NCBI GenBank assembly: GCA_964477875.1
Contig: CAYZFR010000001.1
Coordinates: 1-62,111, forward strand
Source of the DNA: an uncultured Myxococcales bacterium
Lineage (GTDB): Bacteria; Myxococcota; Kuafuiibacteriia; Kuafuiibacteriales; Kuafuiibacteriaceae
DNA length: 62,111 nucleotides
Direction of reading: 5' to 3'
A model generated the notes under the pieces. That model did not search any database, was not told the DNA's origin, and saw nothing but the letters and a program-made list of their open reading frames with translations. Of the stretch, positions 1 to 8,568 are shown in pieces. Made by a program: the position numbers and the translations under genes. How positions within the stretch are numbered: position 1 is the first letter of the stretch; each line of letters opens with the position of its first letter.

Positions 1-114
1 GCAGGGCTTTGTTGGACTTCGGGCCAGGCCTCACGCGGCGACGCTCTCGACTCGCATTCGGAGCGCTTCCCGAACCTCCAGGGACCGCTTGTCGAGTGCT
101 GCAAGAATCGTGGA

Positions 115-197
115 TGCCCGGGAGAGGACTTGAACCTCCACTGTGTTGCCACAAGCGGATTTTGAATCCGCCGCGTCTACCATTCCGCCACCCGGGC
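115..197 (-). tRNA. tRNA-Leu, anticodon CAA, type II with long variable arm
   Basis: Reverse complement reads GCCCGGG..GCGGA/TTCAAAA/TCCGC..long variable arm..GGAGG/TTCAAGT/CCTCT/CCCGGGC/A. It has a 7-bp acceptor stem, an anticodon loop with U33 and CAA, and a canonical T-loop. CCA is not encoded. Confidence 0.93.
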
Positions 198-334
198 TGG
201 GAGGAACCGCGGTTCTAGACGAGGCGAGCAGGACGGGCAAGGGGAAGATGGGCCGGTCGGGCCTCGTTCGATGGACGCGGCGCGAGAAGCGAGCGAGGCA
301 AACTCGCCCGTGAAAGGTGCCGGAGGTTGCGGCC

Positions 335-1840
335 TCAGTTCGTGGTCAGGGCAGGGCGGGGTGCGATCTCGTCGAGGAGGAGGATCAGAGGCGGGGAGCG
401 GTCCAGTGTGTTCCGGAGCTCGAGGCTGAGCCAAGCTTCCGGAGCTGGCGCCGCCAAAGGAGCCTCCATCTCGACCCAGCCCGAGTCGCAGCCGCCGTCG
501 GGGGTCGGAGTCGTGGCTCGGATGCTGCGCCCGGCGCGGCCGGCGAAGGCTGCGGCTTGGCCCCAGGGGAGGGCGACGGAGAAGAGATCCAAGCCAGCGT
601 CGCAGGTCTCGCTGAGGAGCCTGACCTGGAAGCCGACGCCCTCGATCGGGCGCCCGAAGTCGAGGCGGGTCAGGACGCCGGCGTCGCTCGACTCACCGAC
701 GACGAGCTCCAGACACGAATTCTCGATGCAGCGGTCATCCGCGAACCGGCGATCCGAGTTCGGGCCCCAGGCCGAATAGTCCTCGAGACTGTCCTCGAAG
801 CCGACCCGCTCCGAAGCTCGAGGGTCTCGATGCACGGGTACCACGAGGTCTTGGGTCTCGGCTGCATTGCCGGACAGGTCGGTATGGGGATCGAAGTAGC
901 GCACCGTAATCGCCCCCGGAGGCCAAGGCGAAGCCGGCGTCAGGACGAAGCTGATCACCTGAGAGCCTCCGCCGTCGAAACTATAAAACCGCGGTTGTAG
1001 ATCGAAGTCGGCCGGACCCTCGCTCGTGTCCACTTCGAGGAGCGTCGCCTGCTCCCGTACGGGCTCGGAGAATCGAAGCCGAAATCCTTCGAAAGGCAGC
1101 AGGACGGACGGTGTCGTCTCTACCCGCACCCGGGGCGCGACCTCGTCGAGGCGGACCTCCAAAGAAGATGCCGCCTCGACGCTGACCAAGCTCCCGTCGT
1201 CTACCTCCACGCCCGTGACCCGACCCGTCCCCGACCAGCGGCGCGCGCCGTCTTCATCGATGACGGTCCCCAGCACCAAGCTCGACAGGATGAAGCGACT
1301 GTCGTTCTGCCGAGCTGCGGCCGCAACGCAGATCGCGCAGACCTGGGGGGTGAACACCATCTCGCCGACTCCGTCGTCCTGCTGCACGGGATATGGCCCG
1401 CTCGACTGCCCGAAGGGCGGATGGATCAGTACGCCCCTCGACTCACCGCCGGGGAGCATCGAGCGGACGTCCACTCGAATCGAATGGCCTTCGAAAGGTG
1501 GATTGTCGCGAACGTCGTCGGGCAAGGGGCTTTCGTCTCCGGTCCGGATGTAGTTGGTGAGCTCGATCTGCAGCGAGATCTCCTCGTCGACCGGGGGCAG
1601 GATCACCGGCGGTCCAGCGTCCGGACCGCCAGTGTCCGGACGGCCAGCGTCCGGTTTGCCCACGTCAGCGAGACCCAGGTCGGCCGGGCCGTCGCCCCCG
1701 TCTCGCTCGCCGGTCTCGGGGGGAGCCGCGTCAGCCGAGCCGCCTTCGCCCGGCCCCAGTCCGCCGAGCTCTTCTTGGCAGCCGGCACATGCGAACACGA
1801 GCAAGGCGATTCGAAGGGATCGCATGGTCTCTTTACGCAT
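335..1840 (-). CDS. hypothetical secreted lipoprotein
   Basis: 501-aa ORF. The N-terminus MRKETMRSLRIALLVFACAGCQ is a signal peptide plus lipobox, followed by a Pro/Asp/Gly-rich linker. No catalytic motif recognised. The start could be Met6 (1825). Confidence 0.75.
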   Translation of the reverse strand: MRKETMRSLRIALLVFACAGCQEELGGLGPGEGGSADAAPPETGERDGGDGPADLGLADVGKPDAGRPDTGGPDAGPPVILPPVDEEISLQIELTNYIRTGDESPLPDDVRDNPPFEGHSIRVDVRSMLPGGESRGVLIHPPFGQSSGPYPVQQDDGVGEMVFTPQVCAICVAAAARQNDSRFILSSLVLGTVIDEDGARRWSGTGRVTGVEVDDGSLVSVEAASSLEVRLDEVAPRVRVETTPSVLLPFEGFRLRFSEPVREQATLLEVDTSEGPADFDLQPRFYSFDGGGSQVISFVLTPASPWPPGAITVRYFDPHTDLSGNAAETQDLVVPVHRDPRASERVGFEDSLEDYSAWGPNSDRRFADDRCIENSCLELVVGESSDAGVLTRLDFGRPIEGVGFQVRLLSETCDAGLDLFSVALPWGQAAAFAGRAGRSIRATTPTPDGGCDSGWVEMEAPLAAPAPEAWLSLELRNTLDRSPPLILLLDEIAPRPALTTN

Positions 1841-1924
1841 TCGAATCCTCGAAGTGACGGTCGCTTCGGTAAGAAGTCAGCCTCGGAAATTCGAGCCCGG
1901 CCGTCGTGGGAGGGCGGGGCGCGT

Positions 1925-2767
1925 TCACGGGGTGCAGGCTCTCCCAGTGGCCAAGGCGAGCAGCCGCCGCTCGGTCTGCGCGTCGGCCGGGAAGAGGGTC
2001 TCGATGCGCAGGCTCGATAATACCGTGTCGGCCGAGCTCGCGAACATGGACATCATCGTGAAGAGCTGAAGCGCCTCGCCTCTGACCGACAGCTCCAAAG
2101 GGATCACGACACGGGGATCTGTCGTGGGCTCCCGAGCCTCGGCCGGGGGAGGCGGCAGCAGGGACTCGAGCTTGTGCAGGGTCTCCAAGGCGGCGGGCTC
2201 GTCCCGGGCGGCGCGCTGCAGGTGGTGGCAGATCTGGGTCGAGAAGGCCTCGAAGTTCTGGACCAGGGGCTTGAGCTGGGCCTCGTCGAAAAACGGGAGG
2301 AGCACGTTGGGAGCGTTCGCGAAGGGCTCGATGTGCAGGCGCTCCGGATCGGGGTCGAGATCGAGCACATCGTCGGGGGCGGCGAGCCGCCGACTAAAGC
2401 GGACGTAGGCGTCGTTGGCGCAGCGGGCGTTCCAGCCGGCGTCCACGACGACAGCCGGGTAGGGGTGGTGGCGGCGCAGCAAAAACGCCACCGCCGCCCG
2501 CACGGGCTCGGCGTCGGGCCCGTCCAGGCCACGGTCCCGAAACACCGGCGCGAAGCCGGCACTCGAAAGCAGCAGATTGGTCTCCCCGAAGGGCAAGTCC
2601 AGGACCTCGGCCAGGGTCAATGCCATGCTTCGGCTCGGGGCGGCCTTGCCGGTCTCGAGGCAGCTGAGGTGCCGGGTCGAGACCTCGGCCTCGGCCGCCA
2701 GATCCATCTGGGTGAACCGACGCTGCAGGCGCCAGCGGCGCAGCCGCGTCCCAAAGGCTTCGCTCAT
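1925..2767 (-). CDS. MmyB-like XRE-family transcriptional regulator
   Basis: The internal Met of the 371-aa ORF gives MSEAFGTRLRRWRLQRRFTQMDLAAEAEVSTRHLSCLETGKAAPS, an XRE-type HTH. The C-terminal part has PAVVVDAGWNARCANDAY, typical of the MmyB-like ligand domain. Its ATG overlaps the upstream stop as ATGA at 2764-2767. Confidence 0.85.
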   Translation of the reverse strand: MSEAFGTRLRRWRLQRRFTQMDLAAEAEVSTRHLSCLETGKAAPSRSMALTLAEVLDLPFGETNLLLSSAGFAPVFRDRGLDGPDAEPVRAAVAFLLRRHHPYPAVVVDAGWNARCANDAYVRFSRRLAAPDDVLDLDPDPERLHIEPFANAPNVLLPFFDEAQLKPLVQNFEAFSTQICHHLQRAARDEPAALETLHKLESLLPPPPAEAREPTTDPRVVIPLELSVRGEALQLFTMMSMFASSADTVLSSLRIETLFPADAQTERRLLALATGRACTP

Positions 2768-3657
2768 GCGGTTACCTCTGCGGGCTGCTTGGGCGCTCGG
2801 GCTGCCCTCGCCATCGAAGCCATGGTGTTCATCATGTCGGACTTCGCCTTGACCGTCAGCAAGGTCACGAGCAGAGGCGCCAAGGCCCTGGGGCGTGGCG
2901 TGAAGGTCCACCAGACCGTCAACCGGGCCCCGCGGCCCAACGGCTCCAGGATCCAGCCGCCCCGCATCGGGTGCATGGGGAACGGGAAGCCGGGGCGGTC
3001 GGAGAGGAAGCTCAGGTCGATGCTTCGACCGGGCACCCATCCTGTCACCTCCTCACTCCAGCTCTGACCGCCGTCATTCGTGCAGGTCCGTACGGCGCCC
3101 ACCCCTGGCTGCCCCTCTAGCCGAGCGTTGGCCAGGCTGCCGAGGTGCTGGTCGATGGACTCGAGATCGGCGAGCACCGGCCAGACGGCCTTCGGAGGTA
3201 CGTCGAGCACCGACGAGAAGGCGAGCCGATGGGTCGTGCCTTGGCTTTTGTCCGCCTCCGCGTAGAGCCGGTCGATGCCGATCCACTGGGCGGCGGCGAT
3301 GGCCAAGACCACCGCGCCCACGCCCCAGAACAGGGCGGCGCCGGCGGGCGCGAAGTCGGCCCACGCCACCGGCGTCAGGGCCAAGGTCCCCAGCACCCAT
3401 CCGAAGTCCAGAACGATGATGAGGAGGGCGAGGTCAGCCAAGGGCTCGGGGCGTCGCGCGCGCCGGACCGCGACCAGGAGCAGGCCGATGAAGCCCAGGA
3501 GCCCTGCGCCGACCAGGCGCAGGGCCCAGACCGGAACATCGCCCATCATGGGTGACAGGGTCTCGGGGATGCCGAGCAAGGGCAGGGCCGTCAGCCCCGA
3601 GAAAGCAACGTTGGTACCGAGGGCCCAGGTGAGCAGCTTCGAGCGGTCTTGGGTCAT
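2764..3657 (-). CDS. membrane-anchored SRPBCC (START/polyketide-cyclase-like) domain protein
   Basis: 297 aa. The N-terminal ~130 aa form about four hydrophobic helices. The C-terminal ~150 aa (RLAFSSVLDVPPKAVWPVLADLESIDQHL...WWTF) resemble the SRPBCC ligand-binding fold. Confidence 0.8.
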   Translation of the reverse strand: MTQDRSKLLTWALGTNVAFSGLTALPLLGIPETLSPMMGDVPVWALRLVGAGLLGFIGLLLVAVRRARRPEPLADLALLIIVLDFGWVLGTLALTPVAWADFAPAGAALFWGVGAVVLAIAAAQWIGIDRLYAEADKSQGTTHRLAFSSVLDVPPKAVWPVLADLESIDQHLGSLANARLEGQPGVGAVRTCTNDGGQSWSEEVTGWVPGRSIDLSFLSDRPGFPFPMHPMRGGWILEPLGRGARLTVWWTFTPRPRALAPLLVTLLTVKAKSDMMNTMASMARAARAPKQPAEVTA

Positions 3658-3882
3658 GTCGAAGCGGACGCTAGCCCCGGGGCGTCGTCATTCTCCATGA
3701 CCTCGGAGGTCAAGTCGGGGCGATTCTGGCTCCGACCACGGTTCCTGTATTCTTCGGTTGCGCGACCCCTCAGGCGACGTTTTTCAGCACACCGCCAGGG
3801 AGAGGGTCAGCACACTTCCGGTTCGACTCGGTGGCCGGCGACGACCAGGTGAACGTCGAGGCTCTGCGAGCGGGCCCCTGGG

Positions 3883-5457
3883 TCAAGGAACCGTGTCGAG
3901 GTCGTCCCAGAAGAACTCACCGCCGCCACCGGAGGCGCCATCGGTGCCGAAGTCGAAGAACACTGTGACTTGGTTGTAGTTGTAGGTCGGATTCAGCGCC
4001 GCCGTACCTGGGGCCTCGTTCGCAAAGTCGAACACGATGGTTTGCCACTGGTCCGCGACCGTCACCGTCGCCTCCGTCTCCACCGATCGCGTCGGGTCCA
4101 GAGCCTCTTCGATCTTGAGTCGGACCGGGATGTTGGCTCGGGGTGAAAGGACCCGAAGCTGCAGCTCGGAGTTGGTGGCGCCGACCGGAAGGAGGGCCAC
4201 CGACTCGTTGGGCCCGGTCGAGAAGGTCGTCCCCGCGAAGGTGGCCGCCGTGTTCGATTTGAGCGCTCGGCCGACGTTGCCCGTTCCGGAGATGGGGTCG
4301 ACGACGATCGTCGAGTCCTCGGCCCCTTCGAAGCCGGCCAGCTGGTAGTTCACCATCGGGTTGTCGAAAGTGTAGGGCAGGCCTGGCTGAAGACCGACCA
4401 TGGGGCAGGTGTTCGGGAAGCTCACGTCCTCGAAGCGGATGTCGTCTACGAAGAAGATCTGCTCGCCGACGGCAGCCCCCTCGACCCCGAAGTTCGGGAA
4501 CACCGAAAGCTTGTCGTAGGTGACGCCGAGGTCCAGAGCCGGCGTGCCGGCGACCTCGTTCGTAAAGTCTACGGTGATCATCTGCCAGGTGTTGGCGGCG
4601 GTGACCATGGCCTCGGACTCGACGGAGAGAGCTCCGTTCGCGGTATTCTCGACCTTGACGCGGACCGGGACGTTGGCCACCGGCGACAGGACGCGGAGCG
4701 ATATCGTGGAGGCGGTGCCCGAGAAGGGAAGCTCGGCAATGCCCTCCATGGGACAGTAGAAGACGGTGGCGCCGGCGAAGACCGCGGCCGTGTCCGAGCG
4801 GACGAGCCGAGCGACGTTGTTGCCGGCCATCATCGGATCTGGGGCCACCGTGGCGTCTTCGGCGCCGCCGAAGCCGCGCAGACCCGCTGGCGGCATCGCC
4901 TCGAAGTCGACCAGGGTGGTGCCTCCTGCTGGGATGACGGTGTCGTAATCCTGCGAAGCCGTGGCCGCCTCCTCGTTCTGGTTGCCGGCTTCGTCTTCGA
5001 AGCTCATGGCGCCAACGGTCACGGTGATGGTGCCCGTGGCGTCCGCTGGCGGTGAGACGACGACGCTGGCCTCGGTTGTGCTCACGATGGTGAAGCCGCC
5101 GGCCGTCCCCTCGCTGACGGAAAGGTCGCCCTCGTCGAAGCCGACCACGTCCTCGCTGAAGGTGAACGTGAAGGTGACGTCACCCATGGCTACCGCGTCG
5201 GGGACGTTGTCCGAGATGCTGACGGTGGGAGGCGTGGTGTCCTCGCCCATGTCGGTGCCCATGTCTTCGGGCTGGCCCATGTCCTCAGGGGGCGTGCCCA
5301 TGTCCTCAGGGGGCGTCCCGAGATCGGGGTCGCTGCCCTGGTCTATGATGGGGAAGCCCGCGTCGGGCTGTTCATCCGGTGTTTCGGAGTCACAGGCGCC
5401 AAGGCCGGCGATGAGAGTGGTCGAAAGAAGAATTGACGTGAGTCTTGCGTGGGTCAT
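3883..5457 (-). CDS. secreted lipoprotein with an Ig-like domain and two tandem carbohydrate-binding-like modules
   Basis: The true start is MTHARLTSILLSTTLIAGLGACDSE (lipobox); the upstream part of the 643-aa ORF is spurious. It has a PEDMG low-complexity linker and a bacterial Ig-like segment (VSISDNVPDAV...TITVTVGAMSFEDEAGN). Two homologous modules of ~160 aa follow (4429-4920 and 3886-4374). Confidence 0.85.
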   Translation of the reverse strand: MTHARLTSILLSTTLIAGLGACDSETPDEQPDAGFPIIDQGSDPDLGTPPEDMGTPPEDMGQPEDMGTDMGEDTTPPTVSISDNVPDAVAMGDVTFTFTFSEDVVGFDEGDLSVSEGTAGGFTIVSTTEASVVVSPPADATGTITVTVGAMSFEDEAGNQNEEAATASQDYDTVIPAGGTTLVDFEAMPPAGLRGFGGAEDATVAPDPMMAGNNVARLVRSDTAAVFAGATVFYCPMEGIAELPFSGTASTISLRVLSPVANVPVRVKVENTANGALSVESEAMVTAANTWQMITVDFTNEVAGTPALDLGVTYDKLSVFPNFGVEGAAVGEQIFFVDDIRFEDVSFPNTCPMVGLQPGLPYTFDNPMVNYQLAGFEGAEDSTIVVDPISGTGNVGRALKSNTAATFAGTTFSTGPNESVALLPVGATNSELQLRVLSPRANIPVRLKIEEALDPTRSVETEATVTVADQWQTIVFDFANEAPGTAALNPTYNYNQVTVFFDFGTDGASGGGGEFFWDDLDTVP

Positions 5458-5677
5458 GAGGCCTCCGAACGGAAAAAAAGCTTCGGGGCCGGTTTTGCTG
5501 CGGCATGGTCCCAACACTTTATTCAGTTGTTCGGCGAGCCATAAGGAATTGGGCAAGAAAATGCAAGAGGTCAAAGTGCGAGACTGCCTGCACTCCACTC
5601 GAGACGACCCAGGACCGTGCGCGCCGGACGGCGGCTCGACATTGGCACGGGGCCGCCAAGCGCGCAGAGTCCGAGGC

Positions 5678-6037
5678 ATGTTCGTCGTGACCAATCGAAT
5701 CCCCGTCGCGCAAGGGAAGGAGCTCGACTTCGAAGACCGCTTCAAAGCCCGGGCGCACCTCGTCGACCAGTCCCCCGGCTTCGTTCGAAACGAGGTCCAC
5801 CGGCCCCGGCCCATGAAGTTCGACCGCGAAGCGGGGACCTGGGTCCCGGACCCAGACCAGCAAGGCTACTACGAAGTGAAGACCTGGTGGCGCAGCTTCG
5901 AAGACTTCGTCGCGTGGACCAAGAGCGACAGCTTCAAAGAAGCCCACAAAGACCGCCCCCCTCCCGAGATCTTCGCTGGGCCCAACCAGCTCACCGTCCA
6001 CGAGGTCTTCACCAGCACCGATCTCGAATCGGACTGA
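5678..6037 (+). CDS. ABM-family (antibiotic biosynthesis / HmoA-like) monooxygenase
   Basis: 119 aa starting MFVVTNRIPVAQGKELDFEDRF...PGFVRNEV...YYEVKTWWRSFEDFVAWTKSDSFKEAH. This is the typical ABM ferredoxin-like pattern. The upstream part of the 358-aa ORF is antisense to the preceding lipoprotein gene. Confidence 0.85.
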   Translation: MFVVTNRIPVAQGKELDFEDRFKARAHLVDQSPGFVRNEVHRPRPMKFDREAGTWVPDPDQQGYYEVKTWWRSFEDFVAWTKSDSFKEAHKDRPPPEIFAGPNQLTVHEVFTSTDLESD

Positions 6038-6218
6038 CGCGGCCAGCCGACCTGACCGAAACGCGCTCGACCCGGCGTGGGGCAGACCGATGTGGAGCGC
6101 GACGGCGTAAAGGCTTTGCCCTCGCCCGAGCGACAGTCGCCGTTTCCGAACGAGAGGTCGCCCCCCGACGCGGCGTCATTGGTTGTCTCGCATCCGAGAT
6201 CACTGGGAGGTTCCAAGC

Positions 6219-7142
6219 ATGCGAATCGTCTCTTTGCTGCCCTCCGCGACCGAGATCGTCTGTGCCCTAGGGGCGGAGGACGAGCTCGTGGGCCGGTCCC
6301 ACGAGTGCGACTTCCCGGCCAGCGTCGCGGACCGTCCAGTCGTGACCTCGTCCAAGGTCGATGTCTCGGGGTCGAGCGCCGACATCGACCGCAGCGTGCG
6401 GGCGGTGGTCGCCGATGCGCTGAGCGTCTACGAGGTCGATCAGGACCAACTGGCCGAGCTTCGTCCCGACGTCGTGATCACGCAGGACCTCTGCGAGGTG
6501 TGTGCGGTCTCGCAGGACGACGTGCGAGCGGCTCTGCAGGCGCGGCTCGACAGCGAACAGGTTCGCCTGGTCAGCTTGTCGCCGACGCGGCTCGGGGACG
6601 TCCTCGAAGACGTCTCCCGGGTCGGGGAGTTCATCGGACGACTCGACGAAGGGCAGCGGGTGAAGACGGAGCTGAAGGATCGCATCGAGACGATCCACGT
6701 CCGGGCCGAACAGGCCGTCGAGCGGCGAGGGCGGCCCCGCGTCGTCTCCATCGAGTGGCTACAGCCGATCATGCTCGGCGGCACTTGGATGCCGGAGCTG
6801 ATCCGCCTCGCTGGCGGTGAGCCGGTGGGCGCCGAGGCAGGCGGGCCAGCCCCGACCCTCGAGCCCGAAGCCTTGGCCGAGCTTCGGCCGGATGTGGTCC
6901 TCGCCAAGCCTTGCGGCTTCGACGTCGAGCGCACGCTCGGTGAGCGCGCCCTCATCGAGCAAAGCATACTCCCCCAGCTCCCCCGTCACGCTCGGGCCTA
7001 CGTGACCGACGGCAACGCCTTCTTCAACCGCCCCGGGCCCCGGCTCGTGGAGTCTTTGGAGATCCTCGCCGCCTGCATTCATCCCGAGGCCTTCAGCGAC
7101 CTCGCCATGAAGCACGCGGGCTATCTGCTGCGCCTGAACTGA
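6219..7142 (+). CDS. BtuF/FhuD-like substrate-binding protein (class III SBP fold) without a signal peptide
   Basis: MRIVSLLPSATEIVCALGAEDELVGRSHECDFP is the hallmark N-terminus of cobalamin/siderophore-type binding proteins. GGGAGG lies 8 nt upstream of the ATG at 6219. No hydrophobic leader is present. Confidence 0.85.
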   Translation: MRIVSLLPSATEIVCALGAEDELVGRSHECDFPASVADRPVVTSSKVDVSGSSADIDRSVRAVVADALSVYEVDQDQLAELRPDVVITQDLCEVCAVSQDDVRAALQARLDSEQVRLVSLSPTRLGDVLEDVSRVGEFIGRLDEGQRVKTELKDRIETIHVRAEQAVERRGRPRVVSIEWLQPIMLGGTWMPELIRLAGGEPVGAEAGGPAPTLEPEALAELRPDVVLAKPCGFDVERTLGERALIEQSILPQLPRHARAYVTDGNAFFNRPGPRLVESLEILAACIHPEAFSDLAMKHAGYLLRLN

Positions 7143-7656
7143 GCGGAGCTCCGGCTTCCGGCGGTTCGGGGCGCAGCTCCAGCTGCCACCAACGGACGTC
7201 GTGCCAGCGCCCAAACTTGTAGCCGACCTTCGAGAACACGCCGATGGGCCGAAAGCCCATCGCGGCGTGAAGTCCTTCGCTGGCGGGGTTGGGGAGCGTG
7301 GTGCCGGCCAGAGCCTGGCAAAAGCCCATCGTCTTCAATCGATGCAAGAGCTCGCCATACAGTCGACGACCCACGCCGGCGCGATGGCTCGAGGCGTCGA
7401 CGTAGATCGAGGTCTCGACCGAGTACTGGTAGGCCTTCCGGGCTCGGTGAGCGGCCCCGTAAGCGTAGCCTACCGCGCCGGCGCCATCGGCCTCGGCCAT
7501 CAACCACAGGTGCGCCCTCGAGATCCGCTCCCCCATCTCCAGTGTCGACGGGACCCGATCCTCGAACGAGATCGATGAATCCTCCACGCAGGGCCTGTAG
7601 ATCTCGGCGACCCGCTCCGCGTCGCCGGTGTGAGCTTCTCTGAAGCGTACCTCCAC
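7093..7656 (-). CDS. GNAT N-acetyltransferase, phosphinothricin acetyltransferase-like
   Basis: VEVRFREAHTGDAERVAEIYRPCVEDSSISFE...SIYVDASSHRAGVGRRLYGELLHRL, with an RxxGxG acetyl-CoA loop, ...FGRWHDVRWWQLEL. The GTG start at 7656 is inferred, and Met at 7725 is also possible. The 3' end overlaps the convergent SBP gene by 50 nt. Confidence 0.75.
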   Translation of the reverse strand: MEVRFREAHTGDAERVAEIYRPCVEDSSISFEDRVPSTLEMGERISRAHLWLMAEADGAGAVGYAYGAAHRARKAYQYSVETSIYVDASSHRAGVGRRLYGELLHRLKTMGFCQALAGTTLPNPASEGLHAAMGFRPIGVFSKVGYKFGRWHDVRWWQLELRPEPPEAGAPLSSGAADSPRASWRGR

Positions 7657-7939
7657 CCACACCACGCAAGCGCAGCCGGGCCCGGATCTGCAAGGTGTTC
7701 GAGGGCGACCCGGCCTCGAACGCATCGAGCTGAGAAAACGGGCGTCGGACTCGAGTGCGTGACCAAGGGAACGACCTCCTTGCACGCATGACGAACAACG
7801 CCGCAAGGACGCTCGCTACCAGCGGGCTGTGTGCCTTTCTTCTTCAGGGCTGTGGTGGGGGCTCTCCCCCCGCATCCCCGACCTCTGATGGCGCTGCCGA
7901 CATGTCGCCGATCCGCGTAGGGTCGGCGGCTCCCCAGAT

Positions 7940-8443
7940 TCACTTCCCGGCGTTTTCGGGCGTGGACTGAGCGGCGGCCAGGGCCTCTTCGGCCGACTTC
8001 AGGGCCGCGTCGACCGCTTCCCGGGCTTCATCCCCTGCCTCCTCGCCCGAGGCTTCGACCTTCTTCAGCGCCGTGTTTAGCTTCTTCTCCGCTTTGGCCT
8101 GGGCCGCGTCGATCCGCTCGATCATGCCGTCGGTGGCCTCTCGAGCGTCCAGCTCGGCCTCCTTCCAGTCCTTCCGGAGCTCTTCGATCCGGTCTTGGGT
8201 CTTGTTTCGCCACTCGATCGCCTGAGCGTCGACGTTTTCGTCGAGGGCCTTCAGCGCCTCGTTCAGCTCCTGAAGTCCGGCGTCGACCGACTCTTTGGCG
8301 TCCTCGAGCATGCGCTCGGCGTCGTCCTGGAGCTCCTGCACCCGCCGCGCCAGGGTCTCGGCGCTCTTTTCGATGTTCTCCTTTGGTGAGGACTCGCAGG
8401 CCGTCATTCCGACCAGGAGTCCCAAGCAGATCTGGCTTCGCAT
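7940..8443 (-). CDS. coiled-coil (apolipoprotein-like) lipoprotein
   Basis: MRSQICLGLLVGMTACESS is a lipobox signal. The rest is an Ala/Glu/Lys/Asp-rich helical repeat sequence. Confidence 0.75.
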   Translation of the reverse strand: MRSQICLGLLVGMTACESSPKENIEKSAETLARRVQELQDDAERMLEDAKESVDAGLQELNEALKALDENVDAQAIEWRNKTQDRIEELRKDWKEAELDAREATDGMIERIDAAQAKAEKKLNTALKKVEASGEEAGDEAREAVDAALKSAEEALAAAQSTPENAGK

Positions 8444-8568
8444 CCCGGCCTTGATGGACCGTCGGAAGGGACCAGACAAGCGCCTTTGGGCCACTTCGTG
8501 GTCTCGAGCTGCTTCGGAATCCGGGGAGCAGTTGCGATGCCGTCCGGCCCTTCGTAGCGTCCCGCCCG

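Noticed and set aside
6038-6218. Possible cobalamin riboswitch upstream of the BtuF-like gene.
   Set aside because: I could not find a B12 box or the conserved GGUGAAA / AGGGAA / GCCACUG elements. Only a chance CACTGGGA overlaps the ribosome-binding site. An Infernal scan would settle it.
7093-7142. 50-nt convergent overlap of the GNAT and SBP genes, considered as a sign of frameshift or pseudogene.
   Set aside because: Both proteins are full-length relative to their family patterns. The GNAT merely carries a ~30-aa low-complexity tail, which is common in high-GC genomes because stop codons are rare.
7788-7970. 60-aa ORF (MTNNAARTLATSGLCAFLLQGCGGGS...) in the 283-nt gap between the GNAT and coiled-coil lipoprotein genes.
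   Set aside because: It has a lipoprotein-like leader but a non-standard lipobox (LQGC). Its third-position GC is lower than in neighbouring genes, and it overlaps the convergent gene by 31 nt. This is unresolved and not strong enough to call.
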